Origin: Bythopirellula sp.
Lineage (GTDB): Bacteria; Planctomycetota; Planctomycetia; Pirellulales; Lacipirellulaceae
Assembly (NCBI GenBank): GCA_965216565.1
Contig: OZ244170.1
Location: 2,112,001-2,176,000 of the forward strand
Direction: 5' to 3'
Length of the DNA: 64,000 nt
Made by a program: the position numbers and the translations under genes. Position 1 is the stretch's first letter. Every line of letters starts with the position of its first letter. The notes beneath the pieces were generated by a model. It saw only the letters and a program-made list of their open reading frames with translations. It did not search any database and was not told where the DNA came from. This document shows, piece after piece, positions 56,516 through 64,000 of the stretch.

Positions 56516-57622
56516 TCAAAGCTCCAGTGGGTAGTCCATCACCCGGTCCACGCCCGATGCTGTCACTACGAAATTCTCTTCCAGACGAATTCCATGTCGC
56601 AAGGACTCGTGATACAGCCCGGGCTCAGCGGTAAAAAAGTCGCCTGCGGTGAAAGTATCGTCCCAGTGGGGATTCAAATGTGGACCTTCGTGCGGTGCTA
56701 GCCCCACGCCATGGCCCAAATGGTGATTGAACTCAGCCGGCGCTGCGTCATCCAAGAATGCTTGCACTTCCTCGAAAACTTGCTTGCAACTCACACCCGG
56801 CTGCACCCGCGATTCAATCATCGGGAACACTTCGGATAGCTTTTCCCACGCCTGATACTGCTCGTATGTTGGCGCGCCACCCACGGCAATTGTGCGGGCG
56901 TTATCGGAATAGTAGCCACGGAAGCCGACACCCAAGTCGAGAATGTACAGTTCACCCGCTTCTGCTCGGCGATCTCGCGGCAAGCCACCCCGTGCGTTAC
57001 AGCGGAAATCTTGCCCAAAATAGGTGAGTGCTTCGCCTAGCTCGGAAACAGCGGTGGCATGAAGTTCGTTGTAGACCTCCAGCTCATTGATCCCTGGTTG
57101 AATGATTTCGCGGGCACATTCGTACATTTTCGCATTGGCGTCATTTGCTCTTGCCAGCATCCGCAACTCGTCGGCATGCTTGTGGCGACGCAATTGAAAG
57201 ATAGTCGGCTCGACATTTTCCACTTCACCACCAAACTCAGCCAGCAATCTTGGACCAAGCTGCGACCATTCGCCTCCAACCTTGTTGGGACGAGAATTTA
57301 GCGTGCCTAGCAATACCTCGTTGCTCGCTGAGCGTTGCTCGTCGCGCATTGTCGAATGCCATTTTTCCTCGTACGGTACCACTTCATCAGCGGCTACTCG
57401 GAGAGAAACCTTCCGCGAAGGCAATACCAAGGTCACCTGGCCCTGGTTATCCATCATGGCCGCAGGAGCGAGCAACGGCCCCACATAGGCACCGGTGAGC
57501 CACTGCACAGACTCGCTGCGGGTGAGCACAACCAGTTCGAGCTTCTTGTCCCGCATGTGCTGCAACAACCGGCTTTGCCGATCGCGGCAACCTTGGATAT
57601 CTACTTGAAAAGGATCATCCAC
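56516..57622 (-). CDS. M24 family Xaa-Pro aminopeptidase
   Basis: LRRHK..DEL, DLG....GYYSD.ART, HHLGHGVGL..HEGP, EPGLY, GIRLEE. Confidence 0.9.
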   Translation of the reverse strand: MDDPFQVDIQGCRDRQSRLLQHMRDKKLELVVLTRSESVQWLTGAYVGPLLAPAAMMDNQGQVTLVLPSRKVSLRVAADEVVPYEEKWHSTMRDEQRSASNEVLLGTLNSRPNKVGGEWSQLGPRLLAEFGGEVENVEPTIFQLRRHKHADELRMLARANDANAKMYECAREIIQPGINELEVYNELHATAVSELGEALTYFGQDFRCNARGGLPRDRRAEAGELYILDLGVGFRGYYSDNARTIAVGGAPTYEQYQAWEKLSEVFPMIESRVQPGVSCKQVFEEVQAFLDDAAPAEFNHHLGHGVGLAPHEGPHLNPHWDDTFTAGDFFTAEPGLYHESLRHGIRLEENFVVTASGVDRVMDYPLEL

Positions 57623-57714
57623 GGACGCTGAACTCCCGTAAGTCTTAGGTGCTAGGTGATGCTATTCCGCACTGCCAGACCATCGTAAGACGCTCCGGTT
57701 ATCGCAGCTAGGGC

Positions 57715-57748
57715 GTCTCGTTTTAGGACTGTCATCTCATTGTGAGAC
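57715..57748. promoter_or_regulatory. Tandem palindromes (GTCTCA-N3-TGAGAC-like), candidate enhancer for a sigma54 activator
   Basis: GTCTCG-TTT-TAGGAC (57715-57729) and ATCTCA-TTG-TGAGAC (57734-57748), 113-146 nt upstream of the -24/-12 element. Confidence 0.45.
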
Positions 57749-57806
57749 CGATTCAGTCGCGAGTCAGCTTGGCACCGGCACTAGCATAGCACCTCGGCTA
57801 TTGACG

Positions 57807-57819
57807 TAACCTATTGATA
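57807..57819 (-). promoter_or_regulatory. IHF-binding consensus site
   Basis: Minus strand TATCAA-TAGG-TTA matches WATCAANNNNTTR exactly; lies between the candidate enhancer and the sigma54 promoter. Confidence 0.55.
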
Positions 57820-57860
57820 TGTAGGGAGATAAGCCAAGAAATCCCGCCATTGCCGACAAG

Positions 57861-57876
57861 TGGCATGGCTCTTGCA
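57861..57876 (+). promoter_or_regulatory. sigma54 (-24/-12) promoter of csrA
   Basis: TGGCATGGCTCTTGCA: GG-N10-GC spacing with TGGCA and TTGCA boxes. Confidence 0.7.
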
Positions 57877-57968
57877 TTTAAAGAATACGTCGCAACACGC
57901 GATGGCTACTCACAAACCGAGTCACGCCTTTTCAAGTTTAGTTTCGTTAAGAGGAAGGGAACCAAAGG

Positions 57969-58265
57969 ATGTTGGTATTAAGTCGCAAGAATGGCGAACG
58001 AATTCACATTGGTGACGACATTTTCATCGAGGTGCGTCGAGTCGCAGGTAGTCGTGTTACTTTGGCAGTCAATGCTCCCAGAGATCTCCGCGTGCTCCGT
58101 GGTGAGCTTCTTGAAGCGGCGAAGAGCTTTGATGATTCGACTCCACAGTCTGGATCAGCAGTCGTCGAACAACCAGTTACTCCGACAAGTTCGGAAACCA
58201 TAATCGTTACACAAGAGGCACTCCCTCCGTCTGAACCTCTCTCTGGACCGCCCGCTACGCTGTAG
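57969..58265 (+). CDS. csrA: Carbon storage regulator CsrA family protein with P/S/T-rich tail
   Basis: MLVLSRKNGERIHIGDDIFIEV...V.L...APRD..V.RGEL. Confidence 0.9.
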   Translation: MLVLSRKNGERIHIGDDIFIEVRRVAGSRVTLAVNAPRDLRVLRGELLEAAKSFDDSTPQSGSAVVEQPVTPTSSETIIVTQEALPPSEPLSGPPATL

Positions 58266-58394
58266 TTGGTTTTCGAGAGAGAGTGCTTCGGAGTTGGAAC
58301 AGAAAATAGGCAGGAACCTAGAGAGGCAGTTTAGTCGCCCAGCTACACTCGGCATTTCACCCGTCTTCCAATCCCCCATCTGTCGGTGTAGTAA

Positions 58395-59498
58395 TCAGCT
58401 CGTAGTTTGTCGGACCACTTGGTTCAACACTTCTGCGAGCTGCAGGGCGACTTTTTCATGCGCTAATAGTATTGGATGGTGCAATAGAATTGTTGAACGG
58501 CTCAACCGGTCGCTGACAGGTAAAGGCACAGGTTTCTCGCAACGCCTTGCGCCCCGACTTGTGAATCCGCGGAAGCCCCCATCAATGGGAACGTTTCTCT
58601 CGTGGAGCCGTTTAAGTAATTCATCTCTCCTCTCGGGCTTATCTTCTGCCGGCAAGTACGACCAAGCAAATTTGTAGAAGGCACTCAGGCCGCCGTTTGG
58701 CTTTGCGACTGGCTGCAGGCAATCTGCCAGCTCTGCTGTTTTCTGACGAATGAGTTCTATACGTTGCCGGCGGACTTCGTTTCGTTCATCCAGCTTGCGA
58801 AGTTGCGGCCTGAGCACTGCGGCTTGCAATTCGCTCAAGGGATAAGCCTGATTCCCTTGCTCAGAATAGATCTTCATTCGCTGAATGATTCCAGCGTTGT
58901 TCGAGAGAACAGCACCACCTCGTCCTGCTGTAAGCAACTTGCTACCGCCGAAACTCAAGACTCCGACGTCTCCCCAAGTGCCAACCTTTTGCCCCTGCTG
59001 CAAAGCCCCCGGTTGTTGGCATGCATCTTCCACAACCAGCCAACCCCTCGAACGAGCTAACGACATAATCCGTGGCATGTCGGCAAGTCCGCCGTGCAAG
59101 TGCGAAACGATAACAGCCTTAATATCATCGTGAGAAATATCTGCTAGCGAGTCTGCGTCGAGCGACCAACTCTCTTTGCAGATATCCACCAAAACCGGTC
59201 GAGCAGCCAACGCATCTACTGCACGGAAATTTCCAGGAAAGTCGTAACCAGCAAGAGCGACACCCTCTCCAGGGGCAATTCCGCAACCTCGAAGTGCCAG
59301 TTCGACTCCCACGGTTCCCGAACTACACAACGCAGCATGTTCACAATCGAAGTACTGGCTCAATTGTTCGATCAATTCTTCGCAATTAGGACCGTGGTAT
59401 TGGCCCCAACTTCCACTTTCGTACGATTCGTCCAGTGCTGCCTTTACTTCCGAATCGGCAACAGGCCAGAAAAACGCTTCTAACTTTGTTAGCGACAT
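58395..59498 (-). CDS. DegT/DnrJ/EryC1/StrS PLP-dependent aminotransferase
   Basis: SSGTVGVELAL, PVLVDI, SHLHGG, VVEDACQ..GA, SFGGSKLLTAGRGG, SELQAAVL..QL. Confidence 0.9.
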   Translation of the reverse strand: MSLTKLEAFFWPVADSEVKAALDESYESGSWGQYHGPNCEELIEQLSQYFDCEHAALCSSGTVGVELALRGCGIAPGEGVALAGYDFPGNFRAVDALAARPVLVDICKESWSLDADSLADISHDDIKAVIVSHLHGGLADMPRIMSLARSRGWLVVEDACQQPGALQQGQKVGTWGDVGVLSFGGSKLLTAGRGGAVLSNNAGIIQRMKIYSEQGNQAYPLSELQAAVLRPQLRKLDERNEVRRQRIELIRQKTAELADCLQPVAKPNGGLSAFYKFAWSYLPAEDKPERRDELLKRLHERNVPIDGGFRGFTSRGARRCEKPVPLPVSDRLSRSTILLHHPILLAHEKVALQLAEVLNQVVRQTTS

Positions 59499-59599
59499 TC
59501 AAAGGCTCGCAAGCGGAATAGAAAAATGTTAACCTGTCATTCTGCGACTCAAGAGGTATCGCCGAAAATAGTTTTAGACGTCGGGGTTCTTCTAAATTG

Positions 59600-61093
59600 A
59601 TGAAACAGACTCGCTTCCTCATGATCGGTGGTTTTCTCGGTGCTGGCAAGACAACCGCCATTGCCCGATTAGCCAGGCACTATATCGGTCAGGGCCTCCG
59701 CGTCGGATTAGTGACAAATGACCAGGCATACGGTCTGGTGGATACGATGTCACTCAAAGCTCAGGGTTTTGACGTCGGAGAAGTCCCTGGAGCCTGTTTC
59801 TGCTGCAAATTTAACGAATTAGTCGACACCGCTGCACGACTCGGGGAGCAGAATCAACCTGACATCATCATTACCGAGCCTGTCGGTAGTTGCACCGACC
59901 TCATGGCCACGGTCGTGCATCCGCTGCGTCATCTCTATGGCGACCGCTACGACATCGGCCCACTCACCGTGCTTTGCAAGCCAGAGCATGGCCGAAAAAT
60001 TCTCGGCGGTAGCACTGGGGGCTTCACCCCGCAGGCGGCCTATATTTTCTTAAAACAACTAGAAGAAGCCCAGGTCATCGTGCTGAACAAAGCCGATCGC
60101 CTCGCAGCGGACGAACAGCACGAATTGTATAGTCTCCTACGCAGGAGATTCCAAAACAAGCAGATCCAAGTCGCTAGTGCACTAACAGGGGATGGGTTCG
60201 ACGACATTCTCGAAATACTGTCCGAAGATGCACCTCTACAAGATGCTCCCTTAGAAATCGATTACGACACTTATGCAGAAGGCGAAGCGGCATTGGGTTG
60301 GTTCAATGCAAGTGTTCAATTCGCTTCCCCGTCGGAACCTCCCGAACGGTGGCCACTCGATTGTGTGGTGTTAGCCTTGGTCGAGGAGCTAAGCGATCTA
60401 TTGGACGAAGCCGGAATCGAACCCGGTCATGTCAAAGTGCTGGCTTTGGCCGATTCTCATATTTCCATTGCCAATTGGGTTGCCTCGGACTCACCCACGG
60501 ATTTGTCGGTTAGCAGTGATGCCGAAGTGCTAGCGGCCGACTTTTTGATCAATGTGCGAGTTCTCGGCGATCCTGAGCAAGTCTCTGAACTCGTCAAACA
60601 GGTTATATCTAAAGTGGCGGAGGGACGCTCCCTATTCGCCAAGATGGCTGCAATCCAGTACTTTCGGCCGAATAAGCCGACACCTGTCCATCGGTATGAC
60701 GGATCGATGGAATATATCCGTCAAGCTAGCGAAAAAGTAGCGTCGAACTTGACTGCCAACGGACTTTTTCTCTACTCTCCGCACCCGACTGCACCTGCTG
60801 AGCGTGTACTAAGTCTTAAGAACAGCCAATCAAATTCTTCCCCCGGTCGATATGGACGAGTTCTACCTAGCCCGAAAAAGACGGCTGGTAGCTATCGCGC
60901 TTCTGCTGGTTTGCGCAGTGGTTGGGTGCGCCAGTACCTCGAACAAATGGGTTGCTCTACGTTCGACTCCGCGCAACCCGCTTACCGATACATTGGGACT
61001 CGTCACACGCAAAGGTCCCAAACCGACGGAGCGAACTATTCAGTTGCTCCGTCGATACGACCTGGAAGACGCATTGAAGGGCAATCGAAGTGA
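59600..61093 (+). CDS. CobW/P47K-like (COG0523-related) GTPase; ORF extends into the next gene
   Basis: GGFLGAGKTT, TNDQ, GACFCC, EPVGSCTDL, KQLEEA, NKAD, YDTYAEGEA.LGW.N, GHVK, P.PVHRY near 60700. Confidence 0.82.
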   Translation: MKQTRFLMIGGFLGAGKTTAIARLARHYIGQGLRVGLVTNDQAYGLVDTMSLKAQGFDVGEVPGACFCCKFNELVDTAARLGEQNQPDIIITEPVGSCTDLMATVVHPLRHLYGDRYDIGPLTVLCKPEHGRKILGGSTGGFTPQAAYIFLKQLEEAQVIVLNKADRLAADEQHELYSLLRRRFQNKQIQVASALTGDGFDDILEILSEDAPLQDAPLEIDYDTYAEGEAALGWFNASVQFASPSEPPERWPLDCVVLALVEELSDLLDEAGIEPGHVKVLALADSHISIANWVASDSPTDLSVSSDAEVLAADFLINVRVLGDPEQVSELVKQVISKVAEGRSLFAKMAAIQYFRPNKPTPVHRYDGSMEYIRQASEKVASNLTANGLFLYSPHPTAPAERVLSLKNSQSNSSPGRYGRVLPSPKKTAGSYRASAGLRSGWVRQYLEQMGCSTFDSAQPAYRYIGTRHTQRSQTDGANYSVAPSIRPGRRIEGQSK

Positions 61094-62897
61094 GTTGCTC
61101 GCCCGGCTCGAGGAAATAGATCGCAAAGAGCCGCGCCGCGGACATGTTTATGCTCTGGCTGAGCTTGCCTATGTCGAAGCCAAGCGAGCAGAGCGGGCCA
61201 TGAAGTACGAAAAAGCCCTCGAATTGCACGGGGCGGCGGTACTCCATGCCTATCGATTCCTGTTTGACGAATTGTACGAGCAGCCAACCAACTTCTATGA
61301 TCCTGAATTCCGACTGGCCTGCGATCTTTACAATGCTGCTCTGGAGAGCACGCTCCGCATCTTGCAAGATCGCAACGAACTATTGCCAGGGAAGACAATC
61401 CAGGTCAAAACCGCCAATCACCAGTGTCAACTCAAAGTCGATCTCAACAGCAAGGGTTGGCATGCTGAAGACTTTGCCCATTTTCGCTTTGTTTCAGACT
61501 ACGAAGTCCATGGGCTGAAGAACCATTACCACAGTTACGGGCTGGGTGTTCCACTGATCGCGGTTCGCAAGAGCCACGACGAAATGGAGCCCGACGAAGA
61601 ATTCTATCCAGAAGAACTGTCGTTCCCTGTGACGGCGTTCCTGCGAGTCGATTCTCCCCAATCCGAAGAAACACAGATCACTCAAGCCGTCTTGGAATTG
61701 CACGATCCTCTCGATCACAGTTCCATTCGACTCGCGTCGACACGGGTACCGCTGGAAACCGATCTCAGCACGCCCCTGGCACATACGCTCAGCAACCCGA
61801 GTTTCGACGACACCAAACTTTCCACGCTGGGTTTGTTGATGCCAGAGAAGGCAGAGGACTTGCGCGGCCTGTACATGCTCGAGCCCTTCCAGCCGGACAA
61901 GATTCCTGTCTTGATGGTCCACGGACTATGGTCGAGCCCTGTCACTTGGATGGAAATGTTCAACGACTTGCGCAGCGATCCGCTGATTCGCAAGAACTAC
62001 CAATTCTGGTTCTACCTGTACCCCTCGGGCCAGCCTTTCTGGTTTAGCGCGGCGAATATGCGAGAAGATCTGGCACACATGCGTGCCAAGCTCGATCCAG
62101 AACATCAATATGCGGCGCTCGACCAAACTGTACTGGTCGGCCACAGCATGGGCGGATTAGTTTCGAAGTTGCAGACAATTGATAGCGGTAATTCCTTTTG
62201 GGATGTGCTTAGCGAGAAACCATTCGGTGAGCTACAGGCCGAGGACGAAGTACGAACGGGGTTGGCTCGAACGTTTTTCTTTCAACCCAGTTCCTCCATT
62301 CGTCGGGTCGTCACGATTGGTACCCCACATCGAGGTAGCGAATTTGCGAATAACGCAACCCGATGGCTGGGCCGCAAGCTGATTGGTATCCCCTCGCAAA
62401 TTATGCAAGGACGCAATCAGTTGATCGCTCGCAACCCAGGCTTTTTCCGTCCCAATGCACCTCTCGATGTTTCGACAAGCATCGACTCGCTCGATCCCAA
62501 GTCGCCACTCTTACCCGTGCTGCTCGCAGCCGACCAGGCACCGTGGGTTAAATACCACAACATCGTGGGGGAGAAGCCCAGCAATGGACTCTCCAAATAC
62601 CTATCGGGCGGTGACGGCGACGGTGTCGTTACGCTGGACAGTGCTAAGCTGGATAGTGCGCAATCGCAAATTGTGGTCGCCGCCGATCACTCCACGGTGC
62701 ATCGTCATCCACAAAGCGTTCTTGAGGTCCGCCGCATCCTGCTGCAACACGTGACTGAACTCCGTTCCTTCCCCTATGGCGATGGCGTTATTCAAGTTGC
62801 CACGCCGCCACTTGCTGCTCCAGACTCAAGTCCTACGCTGCCTGTCCAGGTTCCCGTTCACACGGCCCTTGAAGGCCAAGTACCTGCCCTCCACTAA
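60852..62897 (+). CDS. Alpha/beta-hydrolase fold lipoprotein (esterase/lipase-like)
   Basis: Lipobox-like LLVCAVVGC; GLGVPLIA; KIPVLMVHGLWSSP; GHSMGG; GTPHRGS; DGDGVV; H..VH.HP. Confidence 0.85.
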   Translation: MDEFYLARKRRLVAIALLLVCAVVGCASTSNKWVALRSTPRNPLTDTLGLVTRKGPKPTERTIQLLRRYDLEDALKGNRSELLARLEEIDRKEPRRGHVYALAELAYVEAKRAERAMKYEKALELHGAAVLHAYRFLFDELYEQPTNFYDPEFRLACDLYNAALESTLRILQDRNELLPGKTIQVKTANHQCQLKVDLNSKGWHAEDFAHFRFVSDYEVHGLKNHYHSYGLGVPLIAVRKSHDEMEPDEEFYPEELSFPVTAFLRVDSPQSEETQITQAVLELHDPLDHSSIRLASTRVPLETDLSTPLAHTLSNPSFDDTKLSTLGLLMPEKAEDLRGLYMLEPFQPDKIPVLMVHGLWSSPVTWMEMFNDLRSDPLIRKNYQFWFYLYPSGQPFWFSAANMREDLAHMRAKLDPEHQYAALDQTVLVGHSMGGLVSKLQTIDSGNSFWDVLSEKPFGELQAEDEVRTGLARTFFFQPSSSIRRVVTIGTPHRGSEFANNATRWLGRKLIGIPSQIMQGRNQLIARNPGFFRPNAPLDVSTSIDSLDPKSPLLPVLLAADQAPWVKYHNIVGEKPSNGLSKYLSGGDGDGVVTLDSAKLDSAQSQIVVAADHSTVHRHPQSVLEVRRILLQHVTELRSFPYGDGVIQVATPPLAAPDSSPTLPVQVPVHTALEGQVPALH

Positions 62898-63191
62898 AGT
62901 CCATCTAGCAGCTTGATGAAGTTCTAGGTCGTTTGGGTAGTAAACTGCGTTGACAAATTGTCGCTGCCCGAACGTTTTGCGGAGCTATCGGTACAAGTTC
63001 TAACCTGTAAGGTAATCCCTTAAGGTAATCTTGCTGGGGGCGACTTGCTGAAACAACATTCCTCTATTTTGTGGTACTGCACACTTGTCAATTACTCAGG
63101 ATAGTCAACAATATTCACTATAAAGTCTAAGAACCAAGATGCTTTGGGTTTACGAACCTTCATGCATTGAAAAATTAACCTTCGCAGGCAA

Positions 63192-64000
63192 ATGGACAGG
63201 GCAGTTCATTCCAGTGACTCCTCACCTGACAGTCGAAGCGATTTCTATATCGTGGGTGTTGGCGCATCGGCCGGTGGATTAGAAGCCATCGAATCCATGT
63301 TCCAAGCGATGCCGAAAGACGTCGGCATGGCCTTCGTACTGGTCCAGCATCTCTCGCCTGACTTTAAGAGCCTCATGCTAGAGTTGTTGTCTCGCGACAC
63401 GACGATGCCTATCCACCGCGTGGAAGATGGCATGCAAGTCGAGCCAAACTCTATCTACCTAATTCCTGCCAACCAAGAGATGATCATCTCTCACGGGCTA
63501 TTACGGCTGAAGGAGAAAGACCCAAATGTATCGCTCTCTCTGCCGATAGATCACTTTCTAGAATCGTTGGCAATCGACGTAGGCCCGCGCAGCATTGGTG
63601 TGATTCTCTCGGGCACAGGAAGCGACGGCTCACGCGGAATCGCAGAAGTCCACAAGGCCGGAGGATTGGTGATCGCCCAATCGGTGGAAAGTGCAAAGTT
63701 CGATGGCATGCCCCGAAGTGCGATTGATACCAATTTAGTTGATGTCATTGTCGAACCCGAAAAGATTCCTGATGTACTGACGCGTTACGTGACGCATCCC
63801 TACCGGTCGCTGCTCCAGCAGCATCCCATGGACGAGTCGAGCATGGAGCACATATTTCGTTTGCTCCTGGAACGTCATCGCATCGACTTCAATTACTATA
63901 AGCCCGGTACCATCAATCGACGGATCGAAAGGCGGATTCAACTCAATCATCGTTCGAACATCGAAGATTATGTTCACTTTTTGGAGGAGTCGCCAAGCGA
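63192..64000 (+). CDS. CheB methylesterase-domain protein, probably a CheB/CheR fusion; 3'-truncated by window edge (absent from ORF track)
   Basis: Translation from ATG 63192: YIVGVGASAGGLEA, VQHLSPDFKSLM, LPIDHFLESLA, ILSGTGSDG, FDGMPRSA, then IDFNYYKPGTINRRIERR (CheR N-terminal-like). Confidence 0.88.
   Translation, partial: MDRAVHSSDSSPDSRSDFYIVGVGASAGGLEAIESMFQAMPKDVGMAFVLVQHLSPDFKSLMLELLSRDTTMPIHRVEDGMQVEPNSIYLIPANQEMIISHGLLRLKEKDPNVSLSLPIDHFLESLAIDVGPRSIGVILSGTGSDGSRGIAEVHKAGGLVIAQSVESAKFDGMPRSAIDTNLVDVIVEPEKIPDVLTRYVTHPYRSLLQQHPMDESSMEHIFRLLLERHRIDFNYYKPGTINRRIERRIQLNHRSNIEDYVHFLEESPS

Noticed and set aside
57770..57786. Second TGGCAC...GC sigma54-like site
   Set aside because: GG-to-GC spacing is 11 nt rather than the required 10, and there is no TTGC box.
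63008..63030. Direct repeat TAAGGTAATC x2 upstream of the cheB-like gene
   Set aside because: Possible operator, but two copies with no supporting context; not enough to call.
1..64000. CRISPR arrays, rRNA, transposases/integrases, prophage or defence genes, recoded (Sec/Pyl) ORFs
   Set aside because: None seen by eye; all long ORFs are accounted for by other families and none needs stop-codon readthrough.

Overview
Bacterial chromosomal window, very probably from a planctomycete (Pirellulales/Lacipirellula-like). This is inferred from GDFDG..DFL.WQ + VPEP C-termini, a FecR-type anti-sigma factor, DUF1570 and UvrB/C-motif proteins, and sulfatase richness. About 1-42.8 kb is a large cluster for degrading a sulfated, rhamnose-rich polysaccharide (ulvan/rhamnan-like by inference). 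It encodes a FecR-type sensor, three GH78 and one GH106 rhamnosidases, three BNR_4 beta-propeller lyase-like proteins, six Cys-type sulfatases, a GH3, an atypical GH10 (His in place of the acid/base Glu), a DUF5060 protein, two Tat-exported Gfo/Idh/MocA oxidoreductases, a DUF1080 protein and an aldose epimerase. Two of the propeller proteins are tandem PEP-CTERM proteins carrying an unrecognised ~190-aa repeated domain. No SusC/D-type transporter is present in the window. The cluster ends at a structurally atypical tRNA-Ser(GGA). From about 43.3 kb the window holds housekeeping-type genes: rho with an RG/G-rich N-terminus, thioredoxin-YHS protein, AAA ATPase, LuxR regulator, arfB, hemerythrin, M24 peptidase, csrA behind a sigma54/IHF/enhancer-like promoter, DegT aminotransferase, CobW-like GTPase, alpha/beta hydrolase and a partial cheB/cheR. 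No CRISPR array, rRNA, integrase or transposase was seen. All family calls come from motif recognition by eye, not from database searches.
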